Counted from the whole stretch's first letter, positions 11,627 to 25,117 are shown. The stretch is DNA of 63,336 nucleotides, filler included, from Circinaria calcarea (GCA_051942165.1; 33 parts of 33 records of this genome joined end to end with filler, not necessarily neighbours in it), one strand, 5' to 3'. Notes: generated by a model from the letters alone, not told the origin. Numbers and translations are program-made.

Positions 11627-13340
11627 TTACTTCTTGACCAGAAGACTTGTACCGCCCATCTCTTCTGGTTGGTCCAAGCCCATTACGTCCAACAACGTTG
11701 GGGCAACGTCGCCAAGTACGCCGTCATTCTTCTTTAGGCTCCAACCTTCTGGAGCATTGGCCATGACAAATGGCACTTTGTTTGTGGTATGCGAGGTTTT
11801 GGGCTTGCCTTTGTCGTTCAACATCTCCTCGGCATTGCTGGGCTGTATTAGCGGACAACAATCAACTTGGAGATAGATCAGCTCACCCATGATCTGAGGT
11901 TACAAACAGTACATAGCCTTCCTTCTTACACTTCTCATAGACTTGTCCGATAGCCTTGTCGGTAGCTGCAACAGCTTGGACCGCTGCCTTGTACACACCA
12001 GTATGACCCACCATATCTGGTGGGGCAAAGTTGTTCATTAAGAACTCGTACCTGCCCTCACCAATTCTTGAACAGAGCTTATCTGCCACTCCGGCTGCAC
12101 TCATCTTTGGGTCAAGATCGTACGTTGCGACCTTTGGCGACGGAATCAAATCTCTTTCTTCTCCAGGGAATTGCTTTTCAACCCCTCCATTGAAGAAGAA
12201 TGTGACGTGGGCGTACTTTTCTGTTTCAGCCACGTGGCATTGCTTGACGCCTTGTTTTCCCAGCCATTCCGCAAGGACATTCCCCATATGTTGCGGCACG
12301 AAAGCGATTGGGAATGGGTAGTCAATTTTGTACTGGGTCATGGTGGTTATTGAGATATCTCTGGGGTATGGAAAGTCAGGCACCGGTGAGCGATCCACGT
12401 CTCCTAAAAGCTGCGTAACCTCACGAACCCGGTCGGATCGATAGTTGAAGAAGAAAAGAGTGTCGTTATCTGATACACCTGTCAGCGTTCCAACTGTTAC
12501 CGCTCGTAAACATGTTCACACCTCGGACTCTCCGCTCCTTTCCACCCACGATAATAGGTTTGATAAACTCATCATTCTCGCCGTTGGCATATCTTTGCTT
12601 AATCGTCGCGACAGGATCAGTACTCTCTTCGCCATCGCCAGTAACAACTCCTCTCATGCCAATTTCGACCCGGTCCCATCTCTTATCTCTATCCATTATA
12701 TAATATCGACCCACCACTGTTGCAATCTGCCCAACACCCAATTCTTTTGTTTTCGCAAGCAGATCCTGCATGTGCCCTGCCCCAGACTTGGGATCCGTAT
12801 CTCTACCATCGCCAAAGAAATGGATAAAAACTTGGGGAACGCCAATTTCCTTTGCGAGCTGCAACAGCGCGTACAGATGCTTCACGTGCGAGTGAACACC
12901 TCCATCCGATACAAGTCCCAAAAAATGCAGGCGTCCGTTCCCATCCTTGGCACGCTTGAGACTGTCTGTTAGTGTTTTAACCTTGTTGAGCTCTCCCTTT
13001 TTGATGGTTTGGTCGATGCGGACAACATCCTGCCATACAACTCTCCCGGCGCCAATGTTGAGATGTCCCACTTCGCTATTGCCCATGAGTCCTTCCGGCA
13101 GGCCTACAGCTAGCGAGGAGGCTTCAAGCTCGGTATACCCCTGCGCTGTCTTTGACTTCTCGGCTGCAAAGGAGTCCATGACAGGTGTATCTGCAGCAGC
13201 AATGGCGTCGCCATCTTTGGGCGATGTCTCATTAGGGATACCCCAGCCATCGATCACGACTGCAACATTTTAGCCATTGGACCAAAACATCACCTGCAAT
13301 ACCACTCACTGAGGACAGCTTTTTGTTGCACTTTCCCCAT
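11627..13340 (-). CDS. gpmI: 2,3-bisphosphoglycerate-independent phosphoglycerate mutase, apparently complete, 3 introns
   Basis: IDGWG, MGNSEVGHLNIGAGR, SDGGVHSH, DGRDT, FNYRSDR, AETEKYAHVTFFFNGG, DMVGHTG, TSDHG|NAE. Confidence 0.97.
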
Positions 13341-13545
13341 CCTGGCAGACTTCCAAAGAGTATGAGTCGCCACACCACCAATAATGCAAGTTGTAAACCG
13401 CTTTTGACGCTTCCAATCCGCCGTAGAATCGTTTCGGAGTTTGAGNNNNNNNNNNNNNNNNNNNNNNNNNNNNNNNNNNNNNNNNNNNNTTAATTAATTA
13501 ANNNNNNNNNNNNNNNNNNNNNNNNNNNNNNNNNNNNNNNNNNNN

Positions 13546-13726
13546 GCTCGAGGAAGCTGCAAAGAGAGCAGCTGACGACGACGAAGTACAGCGTGAAGCC
13601 ATGGAGCGGGCGGCAAAAAGTCGCAAGACAGAGGGGGACATCAGTAGTGCGAAGGAGAGGTATCTGCAAAGGAAGAAGGAAGCTGCTGTGGCTGCGACTG
13701 CTGCAAAGCAAGAGGAAAAAGGATGA
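13546..13726 (+). CDS. C-terminus of an NSRP1/CCDC55-like coiled-coil protein
   Basis: LEEAAKRAADD...KSRKTEGDISSAKERYLQRKK, recalled as the fungal CCDC55 C-terminal motif. Confidence 0.6.
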
Positions 13727-15033
13727 AGCCTAAGCTATTTACCGGGTTACAATGCTGCGTTCTAGAGACTTTATGCCAAGCGCCATCTTGGTAATCTTAT
13801 GAAGTGATCATAAGCGAGCACATCATCATTCTGATACCACTAGGCTCTCCCGTCTCCTAGTTTCTTTCTGTGCATCCCAATTGTTTACTGACGTTCAGGC
13901 GTCCTTTAATTAGGGAGAGATTAAGTACAGGGTGTCGGATCAGGGATGGCGCTGCGCTTCACACTTCCTTGACGCAACCGTATCAATTCCCACCCTAAAA
14001 TCACTAGAGTTGCCACAGCGCGCTCTGCAGCAATGGTCGTTTTTCAAAGGCTCTCCTCTATAGATGCTCCTTTTCAACAATTTGCCGAAATTGCATCGAT
14101 CCGGTGGGATTGCGTTGATCTCATTCCATTGGCAATGCATTCACCTCACTCGCTTACGTGCATGTCAATATATCGATTTAGACTTGAGGTTCATATCCTC
14201 AAAACAAGGCTGCATGTATGTGGCCAAGCGCTGAAACTACCCTCCAGTGGTATATGGATGACAATCTCCGCCTTTCATCAGTACGCTACTGAACTCCATG
14301 AAAAGGCCAGGCTTACATTGGGAGACGATAGATTCTTAAAGATGTTCTCCTTCTCCTTAATCCTTGCTGTTACTATACTTTGAAAAATTGGTATTGTCGG
14401 ACAGTAAGATAGAGGATTGATGATTCTATCAATCACCTTATTTAGTGTTCACTGCAATGTCTCCCCTCGGGTAATCGGTTATTGCGGCTTCTCACGAATA
14501 CCTCTATACCACTGTTGTATAAGGCATAGAAATACGCTCTCCATAGTTATATCCTGCATCTCTCGCCTTTGATGTGCGAGAGAGGCGGAACCAATCGCTT
14601 TTCATTAGGCCCAGTCGTGCCTTCAGCTTCCCATCGTATCTTCAGCTATTGCAGAAGTGTGCTTTGATTCATGCAATTGAAACATCTTGTGCGCCCGGCA
14701 CATGACAGACACCCTCTTTTGTGGAACGCTGTGGCACAGTGCCCTTGCGTCAGTCATCTTTTTGCTTCTGTTGTGCCGTGTCTTATCAAATGTGAACTGA
14801 AGGCATCTTTCAAATTGGACCTATTGATCGGATATCAGGTGATGAGGTCGAATATACTCACCGGCGTCGATGGCATACAGTCATGCAAAGAGCAATAGTG
14901 GTCCCTTGTGAAGTCATGCAACGCTGAAACTTGCAGCTTTATCCCTAGAGAGTGGTGAGGTTCAGCAGAATGAGGTGTAGCTATCGCGTAACCTTCATTT
15001 TTTGTCCTGAGGTGTTGAAGATGTGTGTTCTAG

Positions 15034-15039
15034 TATAAA
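15034..15039 (+). promoter_or_regulatory. Putative TATA box
   Basis: TATAAA about 105 bp upstream of ATG 15144. Confidence 0.4.
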
Positions 15040-15143
15040 GGTGGTCATCTCGCCAAAACCCATACATTTCTGAATCGTTACCTGCAAGCACTACACTCAC
15101 TACACTCATTATTTTCCAATTCGCTACAGTCACTACAGTCACA

Positions 15144-15376
15144 ATGTTCTCAACCATTACGCTCCTTCTTTTAATTCTCACAGTCCTTACAGAGGCCCGC
15201 CCTGGTCGCCCTGGTCAGACTTTGACCTTCAAACACTCTCTTACGCCGGATAACACCTGCGGGAATGTTCTTGCGGGCAACAACCATGGATACATCTGCG
15301 ATATTAACATTGCAAACGGGGGAGCGTGCTGTTCGGAGAAGGGATACTGCGGTACTGCTTCCATAGCTAAATATAC
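15144..15376 (+). CDS. Secreted protein with hevein/CBM18 chitin-binding domain, 3'-truncated
   Basis: Signal peptide MFSTITLLLLILTVLTEA, then TPDNTCG...C...GACCSEKGYCG. Confidence 0.8.
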
Positions 15377-15488
15377 NNNNNNNNNNNNNNNNNNNNNNNN
15401 NNNNNNNNNNNNNNNNNNNNTTAATTAATTAANNNNNNNNNNNNNNNNNNNNNNNNNNNNNNNNNNNNNNNNNNNNCAAGCGCAGCCC

Positions 15489-16295
15489 ATGATGGCTCCT
15501 CCGAAGATTATCACTTTGAACCATCCGAACGATTCCTGCATCCAGTACGGTCAAGTCACTCCACCGGATGACATTCTGCCCGACGAGTACCGATACGAAG
15601 CCCAGCCACAGCCGCAACTATCTGTTACAGAACCAGTCCACAATGGCAAGCGTAAAAGAGCGTCGCCATCAAGTGTAGATGCTGTCAAGCCAGCGAAGCG
15701 TACTCGCAAGTCCAGCGGCCGTTCGAAGACATCGAGCCAGAACACCCAACTCGCCAACCTTCTCAGTCCCGAGGATGAGAAGCGCTCCAAGTTTCTGGAG
15801 CGTAACCGCATTGCGGCATCCAAGTGCAGGCAGAAGAAGAAGGAGTGGACTGGAAACCTGGAAGCTCGAGCGCGGGAATTACAGAACAACAAGAATCAGT
15901 TGGCAATCATCGTCAATTCCTTGAAGGAAGAGGTTATCTTCCTGAAGGGAGAGATGCTCAAGCATACCTCTTGTGGCTGCGAGCGGGTTCGAGACTACCT
16001 CGAGAAGAAGGCTGACAGTATTACATCTTCCAACAACTCCCCTCAACAGCCATTCCAAAGTGCAGCCAGCCCCGTCCAAAGTACCCCGGGTAGCAAGTCC
16101 AACAGCATCCGCGGAACTCCATCCCACCACAGTTCAAGGAGCGGTAGTACTGCATTAGGTGAAGAGAACAAAGGGCAAGCGACCTCCTTTCCAAGGATGC
16201 ATTTCAAATCCGAGAACGAGTTGGAGGCCTTGCTGACGAGCTCCCTTCTCCACGACACCAGTGAGGAAGGGATCATTCGGCGTTCGGGACGATAA
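15489..16295 (+). CDS. bZIP transcription factor, ATF/CREB (Atf21/AtfB-like); N-terminus possibly missing
   Basis: YGQVTPP; KRSKFLERNRIAASKCRQKKKEW basic region, leucine zipper, LKHxxCGC. Confidence 0.92.
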   Translation: MMAPPKIITLNHPNDSCIQYGQVTPPDDILPDEYRYEAQPQPQLSVTEPVHNGKRKRASPSSVDAVKPAKRTRKSSGRSKTSSQNTQLANLLSPEDEKRSKFLERNRIAASKCRQKKKEWTGNLEARARELQNNKNQLAIIVNSLKEEVIFLKGEMLKHTSCGCERVRDYLEKKADSITSSNNSPQQPFQSAASPVQSTPGSKSNSIRGTPSHHSSRSGSTALGEENKGQATSFPRMHFKSENELEALLTSSLLHDTSEEGIIRRSGR

Positions 16296-17865
16296 CAGGC
16301 GGAGAGGATGAACTGAGGATGAATTGATGATTAATGGTTTCGACGGTATAATGTTCTCGCGATGGTGTTTGGGATGATTTGTGATTTGGCTACGGCCGGT
16401 CATTTGGCGCAGGCGGCGATGTTATGTGATTGCTTCTTCTGGGTCGGTTCCCCCCTTTGCCACGGTGCCGCCACACTATTCACACGATACGCTTCCAATC
16501 GGCGACTATTCTTTTGCTCCGAACGGATGAACCTCCTTTACCCAACTCGCAAACCCCAGAGCCTTAATACGAATGTTGCACTAACTCTCCCCCAACCTTT
16601 GAGTTGGGTACACAACCTCCACCGAATAATACAAGGGTATCCATTTCCTCTGGCCTCGAACCAGAGAATGTCTGGCTCCATGACCGGACTCGCTCATCAT
16701 CCTCGCGACCCATGTGGCCGTGAACTTTGTTACTGTTTTTTTTTTTGAAAGCACACACTGAAACCAAGGCAAAACGTACCCGTCACTTCATCTTAAAAGC
16801 GATTTGCCACAATGGCCTGCCTTTGGGATGTCAAGTAACTGATCTAGTCTTGCATGCAATAAAAGACGCTTGAACAAATTTTCCGGTACAGTGATCATAA
16901 TCTGATGAGTGCATTCCTGCCAATGACGTTTTTGATATCGTTGATAACCCTGATGTTCCAAAATCACATGTAAACGATCGGTTCCGAACAGTAGCAACTT
17001 TGATAGCGCGTCAGATGTTTTTCGATACACAGGTCCCCCAGCTCCAACCCATTCATACCTTCCCTCGACATTTTTCCCAAAGGTCCTCCTTGCCGCGCTG
17101 TAAAAAAAAAAAAAAAAAAAAAAAAAACAAGGTCCGTCCATGATCCTCTCCCACCAACGACCTTGTACTCCAACACACATCCCCACTCGTCCTTGGATCA
17201 AAACTTTTCAAATTTCGATTTGACCCCCTCCCACAGTAAACACCTCGTCCGCAATCCCCAATCCTCGTCTTCAATCCCCATCAATCTCACCCCCTCTCGC
17301 CCCCGATNNNNNNNNNNNNNNNNNNNNNNNNNNNNNNNNNNNNNNNNNNNNTTAATTAATTAANNNNNNNNNNNNNNNNNNNNNNNNNNNNNNNNNNNNN
17401 NNNNNNNGTGAACCGTGGTATGATCGACGGCGCAGCCAGACAACCAAGAGTAGATAAGGACAGACTAAGAAGTAAAGATAACATGGTCAACGTGAAATCC
17501 GAAGTGAGTGTGAGGGTGGGTAATGCGATCGGAAAGAGTGGGAGAGATGAGAAGCAATGATATGTAGACGTCTTCCCCTCGGGCGGGATGAAGCGTTGGG
17601 AGATTCTAGGAGCATGACGTGGACCGCCGGCCGCAAGATGTATCTAGATACAGTGTCAAACAAGATTGAACAGGATCATGCCCGTCGGCGTTGCCCTTTC
17701 CCGACGCTGATTTCCCAGGCTGGATATACGCCCTGGGAGGGTGAAGGAGAGACATAGGCTCGGGAAGGTCCTTGGTCCAAACACGTGCGTTTAGCCGCCG
17801 AGATTGAAACGTCTCTTGGACAATGAAGGGGCAAGAAATCTCCGCTCGACGCAGGAACAACGGCA

Positions 17866-18270
17866 GTGAGGAGCGAAGTGGCCTTCTCGCGCCCCAATGA
17901 TGCCTTTTCTCCCCGAGACTTGCAACGCGGCCCACGCCGCCGGAGAGTGGGTATTTCGGTTGAGCATGAGTCAGGAGACGCGGAACGTTGGAGAAGCGCG
18001 ATCGTCGAGTCCGGATTTCTAATCTCCTCGACGGAGTATTCGAAGACGGAGATCGAGACAGATGCTGTCGTCCGTTTGCATCTTCTCGTCTACGGTCTCG
18101 TCTACGGAATAAGCGAATTTCGCGGGAAGCCGTCATGGGACTCATGGCAGTCGCCAAGGCGATTTATCCCCGATTGGGCTACTCCGTACACACCTTCTCC
18201 GGAAGGCGGACTGCAATGGCGAACGGCGACAACAACCAACACGAAGCTACCTATCTACTGGGAACACTGA
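17866..18270 (+). CDS. Possible hypothetical protein fragment
   Basis: Coding-like ORF convergent with the proline dehydrogenase; no recognised motif. Confidence 0.2.
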   Translation: MRSEVAFSRPNDAFSPRDLQRGPRRRRVGISVEHESGDAERWRSAIVESGFLISSTEYSKTEIETDAVVRLHLLVYGLVYGISEFRGKPSWDSWQSPRRFIPDWATPYTPSPEGGLQWRTATTTNTKLPIYWEH

Positions 18271-18406
18271 TGATATTCTGGAGGGGGCTTGAGGTATGAG
18301 TGGTTGACTCGATGATCATGGGGTTGATATGACGGTAGAATTCTGTATGCCCAAAGTCCCGATGCTATTGAAGCTATTTAAGCTATTTATGCTACTCTAC
18401 TCTACT

Positions 18407-19235
18407 TTAGCTCCGGAATCCAAACAGACGTCGGCCCAGTTCTGCTCTTAACGCCAACCGGCCTTCTTCGGTCCGCACAACAGCATCCCGGTTCTCCTCC
18501 GCCCGTCTCAGCAGATACTTGAGACACTCACCCACAGTACCCCAAACCAAGTACTTGTAGGCCTTGGGCGGGTCGACCTTCTCATTCCCGGACTGCTGCA
18601 CGGACTTTTCTAGGTTGCCGGCTTGAATCAATTCGCAGCTGACATGGTCCGCCATTCCCATCAATTGGCCATACGCCATATGGATCCCCTTCTCTCCCCG
18701 TTGGAGCTGCTGTTTCCGGACATTCATTGCTTTCTTGACACTATCCAGATTGTGGGATGCAACTACGAGGTTGACCTCGGGAAATGTCTGTCCCTCTCCG
18801 CTCGAGGGTGATAGGATATCACTCCATTCCCTCCGCATCAGGGATTCCGCAATTCCGTTGTAAGCGAGATCTGTCTCTTCCTTTCGACTCCAGAACAGAT
18901 GTCTGGGATCACTCCCCAGATAAGCACCTCTCACCAACTTTACACCCAATGTGAAACCGTCCTCCGCCGCCGCAGCAAGATGTCTCGCCAGAAGGGCAGG
19001 TGTTGAGCGAAGGTATGCTTGATATGTTCCATAAACCAATGCTTGCCCAGGCACCCGATTATATCTCTTCTGGAACTCCAACGTCCAAGCATCAATCCCC
19101 GGCTGCACGGCGTGTTGTTCAGCATCGAAAAGAAGACTGACACCCCTCTCCTTGGCCAGTTCGCAAATCTCAACTATCGCGTCCTCGAGCTCCTTACTCG
19201 GCGGTAGCTGATTTCTCAATTCGTGCAGCGCTTGA
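18407..19235 (-). CDS. PUT1: Proline dehydrogenase, 5'-truncated
   Basis: FDAEQ, TYQAYL, GVKLVRGAY, VASHN, GQLMGMAD, YKYLVWG, YLLRRAEEN. Confidence 0.95.
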
Positions 19236-19719
19236 NNNNNNNNNNNNNNNNNNNNNNNNNNNNNNNNNNNNNNNNNNNNTTAATTAATTAANNNNNNNNN
19301 NNNNNNNNNNNNNNNNNNNNNNNNNNNNNNNNNNNTGACAAGCTGCATCAAAGGAAGGAGGCAACGCACAGTATGTAGCTAGAAATATCGATTCGAGCGC
19401 ATTAATTGGAGGCTGATGCAGCCATGCCATTATACATGTTAAACGCCAATGTCTTTACCTCAGATCCTCCGATTAGCTAGACTTAGTCTGCATAATCCCT
19501 TATCGAGATCTAACATGGGGAGGCGCTGGAGGACATCATAGTTCAAACAGCGCTGTAGCTACTGACCCGCTTTGACCCAATGCCCTTGGACGTTGCCCGG
19601 AAAGAAGCACCTCTTCATTCGCCCAATTCTCTAGGTCCAAAGCGAATCTTGTCAATGGATGGAAATCTCGAGTCCGTCGCCACGGTGGACAGTTGCCGGT
19701 TTAGGTCATGTTAGAGAGC

Positions 19720-20709
19720 TTACTCTTGTGAAGGTATTGGTGCCTTGTGCTTGCGTCCGACTATTGGCAACATCGGCGTAAAGCTCAGAGGAACGCCCTC
19801 AAACCTTGCTCCATCCCTCATCAACGTGGCCTGTCTATACAGCATTTCCTTGTCGACCTTGAGCTCGAAATTAGTAAGGAAGCAGAAGCTGATTTCCAGC
19901 CTCCCAAGCTCGGGTTCGCTAACGCCTCCTACTTTGGCGAACCGTCGGTGAGGATAGCTGAGGTCTTCGAGAGCTTTCATCGCAATCCGAAGGCCTGCAA
20001 GCAGTAAACGGTGAGCGTTTCGAACAGTGACAGGTAAAATCCTCTCTATAACAGCAAGCCTATGTATGTAGAAACCAGTAGCAAGGTAGACTGCTGTCGA
20101 CATCGGACAGTATAAGTGAAGACGTAGAAGGTACTCTTCGAGAGAAATAGGAGGAGGCCTCTTGGAATAAAATTTCCTAGCAATGGCGCCATGCTGGACA
20201 TATAATGATTCGCTATGAGATGCAACCATGTGAAATGGCTCTGTAGGCCCGGCTTCTGGGCTCCCAATCGGTGTTTTCCTCGCGGGAACCTCGTCTACAT
20301 CTAGCTTTCCCTCAAATCGTTTCTTTTTTTCCGAAGAGATGGAGCCCCGAGTTGTCTCACCCCATTGGCCTATGTTTTCCTTCTCTTTCTCTACAAAAGG
20401 AAAAATCGGTGTGTGAGGGAGGCTTACAGGTGGGGTCGGCGGAACATCGCCTGTGGTGCGAATCAGATTTTCAACTGAGGAGCAAAGCATTTTTAGTGCA
20501 GCAACAGGAGTCAAAGTAAATATATCCATATCGGCTTCCTCTGAAAACACTCCAAGATCCTCATCAGGTTGAGATTTCAAAAGGTTAGTTCCCAGGTCTG
20601 CGGATGGTCTTGGTGCGAGCGGCATTGCAGGATATTCTGGTGCCTCTGGGGCTACGTGTTTCGCAGTCAACAACAATACTTCGGTCTCATCGGTTGTTGG
20701 CGTGAACAT
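19720..20709 (-). CDS. Pho80/PCL-family cyclin (cyclin-U-like)
   Basis: KFYSKRPPPISLEEYLLRL, NAHRLLLAGLRIAMKALED, FAKVGGVS..ELGRLE. Confidence 0.9.
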   Translation of the reverse strand: MFTPTTDETEVLLLTAKHVAPEAPEYPAMPLAPRPSADLGTNLLKSQPDEDLGVFSEEADMDIFTLTPVAALKMLCSSVENLIRTTGDVPPTPPVSLPHTPIFPFVEKEKENIGQWGETTRGSISSEKKKRFEGKLDVDEVPARKTPIGSPEAGPTEPFHMVASHSESLYVQHGAIARKFYSKRPPPISLEEYLLRLHLYCPMSTAVYLATGFYIHRLAVIERILPVTVRNAHRLLLAGLRIAMKALEDLSYPHRRFAKVGGVSEPELGRLEISFCFLTNFELKVDKEMLYRQATLMRDGARFEGVPLSFTPMLPIVGRKHKAPIPSQE

Positions 20710-21263
20710 AGTGTGGTTATGAGCGTTCGCGGTTTCAATTAGAGGTGTAAAGTGGGAGGATCTTGGGTGACTAGTTCTACCGGCGATAAGAATGTGTCCT
20801 CCAGCGAGGACACTGTAATATTCCTTCGCGGCGCGACGTCTGCATGGTTGCCACGAAAATAGCTAGAGGACTGAGAACGCCGTGCTGCGAAGCTCTCAGG
20901 CTGCACGTACTTGGGTTTTGTGCTCGAAGCATCTGGAAAAGTCAGGTCAACGGTCAAAGCTAAATAGAGGTATCGGACACACCAGATAGAATATGGTCCG
21001 CAGCGCGGAAGGGGAGTTCCATAAGACAGGCAAAACCCATTAGAAGACTCCGAAACGAACTCCGCTAGATGCAGAATCTCCGAATTGCCCCGGACATCGA
21101 AAGTTGGTGCAAGACTGTTGACTTTTGTAATGGACGCAGCGGTGAAACGTCCATACAGAGGGGNNNNNNNNNNNNNNNNNNNNNNNNNNNNNNNNNNNNN
21201 NNNNNNNTTAATTAATTAANNNNNNNNNNNNNNNNNNNNNNNNNNNNNNNNNNNNNNNNNNNN

Positions 21264-21555
21264 CGCAGGTCCCGGGTCCAGCGGAGCTGATTCGGATGAA
21301 GAATTGCCTGCCACGAAGCTAAGAGGTGGTGGAGATGGCGAATCCAGCGAATCGGAATTGGGCGAATTATCAGACAGGGACGAACAAACAGGTGGCGCGG
21401 CTTCGGAAGAGGGTGAAGCCGACAGGCCGAGTGAAGGATCGTATTCCTCCCCCGAACCGTTTAATCCCTTTTTGGATTTCAACCTTGACCCCAGCAGCTC
21501 GGATGAGTTATATAATTCGGATGACGATTATGATTTGCCGATACGGATTATGTAG
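21264..21555 (+). CDS. Acidic C-terminal fragment of an unknown protein
   Basis: Open S/E/D-rich frame from the contig start to a TAG, followed by UTR-like sequence. Confidence 0.4.
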
Positions 21556-22679
21556 GCTTAGGAGTATATGGGGATTCAATCGCCAAAGTGAATTGACCAT
21601 CTAGACTTTGCTAATCTATTTTCCGGCCCAGGGGGATGGAGAGGGAGGGGGTTTTGGTTCAATTATTTCCAATTTTAAAATCCTTTTTTTAATGGAGTCG
21701 GAGGAATTGTTTTTTTTTTCAGTATCGTAGAAGGTATTCTAGTTTATGCTCGGCGTATAGTAGTTAGTTATCATGGGATTAGATTAGTTAATCCGTTAAT
21801 CGCGTTTTCATCTCCAAAGTCCCATTAGATACATCCCCCCCCCCCTTCTCATAATGTCTTCATGTACAGGGAAATCAAGTACAGCCTTTTACCGTCCGCA
21901 TTTCTAGTGATCCCAAGCCAAAGATAACGGGGGCCCGCTCCTTTGCCTCTAGTCGACTACCCCGTACCCCGTCCTTCAAAGTCTGCCAAACCCCCTCCCC
22001 AAAAGGTACGTCCGGATAAAATACCGGCAACTAGGCTCACCTTCGACTCCCATCATCATGACTGAACCAAAACCCCTCACCACGATCATAGTATGCCCAT
22101 CTACTAGGTGCCAGTAAGGCAGGAAAACCCCAACCCCCAACCCAGACACAAAATCCAATCAATGAACGGATGCTCGTGAAAAACTAGCGGACATATACCT
22201 CCCCGCCCCCCTGCCTCTGCAGAAAAAGCAACAACATCGTACCCAACGCCTTCTTCCTTGTCCGTTTAATTATTTCCGACCAAAGCAAAGTAAAAATCTC
22301 CCCCAAAGTGCCATGTCAAAATTGAAGAAATATCCCTTTAGCTTTGAAAAACTTTTTCTGTGCGAACGGCGAATAGTGGGAAGTTCAGGGGAAGGGGTTT
22401 CGGTGTGTGGGGGGGGTATATGGGCAGTTGGTATATCAAGGGGGATTTTTCCGAGTGTCTTTTCTACAGTCCTTCCTTCTTGGAGGTAAGCGCTCTTGGC
22501 GTGTTTTGGGTTCCAGGGAGTGAGGAGACTAGAGGGTCCAACCGAGACACGACGGCAAAGTAAAAGACTGGTGATGCAAAACAAGACTGTCATTGTGAAA
22601 TCGTGGGAAGAAAACCCGCTTTCATAGGGGAAACTGGTATCTAATCTACAGAAATTTGGAATCCTTTCCCCCCCTTGGC

Positions 22680-23090
22680 TCAACTCCTCGGTCCCAACTT
22701 TTCCAAAGCCCTCGGGCCTTGTTCCTGCCACTCCTGCTTCGTGATCCACATATTGTCCTTGTCTGCCATCTACGACGTTGTTAGTTTGGATCATGGGTTA
22801 CGAAAGAAGAGGGAGGTTACTTACAATGTTTGCGAGTACAGCTCCTCCTAGGAAGACCATGTGTCGCCGCCGTGGTGGGTCTTCTATTCGGACTTTGAAT
22901 TTCTGTGCATTGTATTAGTATCGAGCAAGATCTTCCATGTCAAAGGTTGAGCGTACATTTAACCTCTCTGGGTTCCCTCCCAGAACCTTTGTTAGCCACA
23001 GTTGCTTAAGCTCTTTCTCTAGCCTCGAAGGAAGGCCGGGATACATGCTACTGCCTCCGCTCAGCACAATAGCTTTGTAAAGGCTACTCC
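22680..23090 (-). CDS. ARP2: Actin-related protein 2, last three exons
   Basis: Hand translation (absent from the ORF track): [90 protein letters not shown]. Confidence 0.95.
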
Positions 23091-24371
23091 NNNNNNNNNN
23101 NNNNNNNNNNNNNNNNNNNNNNNNNNNNNNNNNNTTAATTAATTAANNNNNNNNNNNNNNNNNNNNNNNNNNNNNNNNNNNNNNNNNNNNGAAAACAAAA
23201 CAAAACAAAACAAAGGATGGCAAAATTCTCTCCTTCTCTTACCTGCTCTTCTCTTACCTCATCTCACTTCAACAAAGGTAACGCTAGAAGGCTAAAAGTG
23301 CGACAAGCCTACGAGTGAAAGAAACTGGTGATGGCGGATCGGTGGATCGGGGTGGATTGGAGGGAGGGAGGGAAAGAATCGGTAGCTTTTGGTGCTAACA
23401 ATTTTCACAAGAGAAAATCAATGGGGGAAGTGAATGAGAATGATGGAGTGAAGTGAACCAAGCGGAGGCCTAGGCTAGATGGATATGTGTAGGGGATAGA
23501 TAGGGTAGGGTATGGATATGGATATGGGCAGGAGTCTGCACATATAATATAATGATAAACGGTACCGAACAAAGACTCTCCCCCACCGATCAATCTCAAT
23601 CCACTCACCCAAAAACCTCAAACCTCAAACATCACATCACAGAAACCATTCAACATCGCACATTGAAGCACAAAAGGTCTCCCCTTTTTTTTCCCCTTGG
23701 AAATTCCTTCGCGACGGTAATCTTACCATGCAAAAAAGCTACGGCAATCCAATCCCCCATCTCCAGACGGGGTACAAGGTTTCTCAACCAAAAAGCCCCG
23801 GGAAACGGGAAACGGGAATTAAGAAAAACTTCAACTCAAGCGATTGTACCTCTAGTTATTGTCATGGTCATGTTCTAGGCTACAAAAGGCTTTTCTTTTA
23901 TCCCCTTTCGCTACCTACTTGATCCGACTTCCTTTTTGCTGGGTTTCCCACGTAAGGTAGGGTAGGGGATTGGAGCTAGCAAAGCAAAGCAAAGCAAAAA
24001 AGCAAAAGGGAAGGGGAAGAAAAGATGCAAGTCACTTTGCTTTCATACGGATGCTCAAAGATTCCTCCCTGGCCAAAGCGCCATGCGTGGCTCGTAAAAG
24101 GGAGAATTCCTAACCCCTTGGTGGGGTTCTGCAAAACGCAAGGACGCAAAAGCGGAGGAGGAAATCTGCAGCGGCCGCAGCCGACAGGGTGGGCAGTATA
24201 AGCAGGAGAGCCTTTTCTCCGATTTGGAAACCCCATTTGGAAACCTCAAGTGCATCCATCCATCCTTCACAAATGCTTTCCATGAATCATCAGCCAGGCG
24301 TACAATTCATCACTTCTTCTCCCCATCCAACCTCGAAAGCCCCCCTTGTGAAGCACCCTAGCAAAAACAAT

Positions 24372-25017
24372 CTACGCTAGATAGCCCAACTCCTCGGTCT
24401 CCGGTAGACGTTCCAGGTATTCCTTCTCGATCAGTTGATCAATCGACTTCTTAATGTCCCCAATCTTGGGAGTGAAGCGGGTTTTGATCTGCGTAATGGT
24501 TTCCTGTACGAGCTGAACGTGTTTCATCTTCTTACGGGACTTCATGATACGGACGATGGCGGACTAGATTTGACATGTTAGCAGTCTTGAACTGGAAGGG
24601 CGGGGGATTGTGTTGAAAAGGATACTAACCTGCATGAGGAGTTTGCGGTCCTCCTCAATCGTCTTGTGCGTATCTTCCACTTCCTGCTTCTGTTCCGACT
24701 TGACCGCAATGTTGAGATTGACCTTGAGCTTCTTGTTCTTGAAGTTGTAGTTCAATGAATATGTAGTCCCTGGCTCTGGCTTGCCATTCTCCGGAGACGG
24801 GATGATGACTTTGGCCTTGACCATGATACCTATCGAAGGGTCAAGCCAGTCTGGCGATAGTGCCGTGGCTCTCTGGGCATCCTCGTACGTGACAGTCTCG
24901 GCATCGTTAAAAAGTAAGAGGATAGCCATCTGGTACGTAGAGACTAGGAAGGTGTAGGGGACTCGAGTGTTTTTGATGTAGTTTGCCTTGACCTCGCCTT
25001 TACACAGTTGCCATAAC
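24372..25017 (-). CDS. CUL1: Cullin-1, C-terminal part with neddylation domain, one intron
   Basis: [67 protein letters not shown]. Confidence 0.93.
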
Positions 25018-25117
25018 NNNNNNNNNNNNNNNNNNNNNNNNNNNNNNNNNNNNNNNNNNNNTTAATTAATTAANNNNNNNNNNNNNNNNNNNNNNNNNNN
25101 NNNNNNNNNNNNNNNNN

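Noticed and set aside
11627..13340. iPGM as a bacterial horizontal transfer
   Set aside because: It has spliceosomal introns, and iPGM is the normal form in filamentous ascomycetes.
17102..17127. A26 run as a retroposon tail
   Set aside because: No TSD or recognisable upstream element; homopolymers are common in these intergenic regions.
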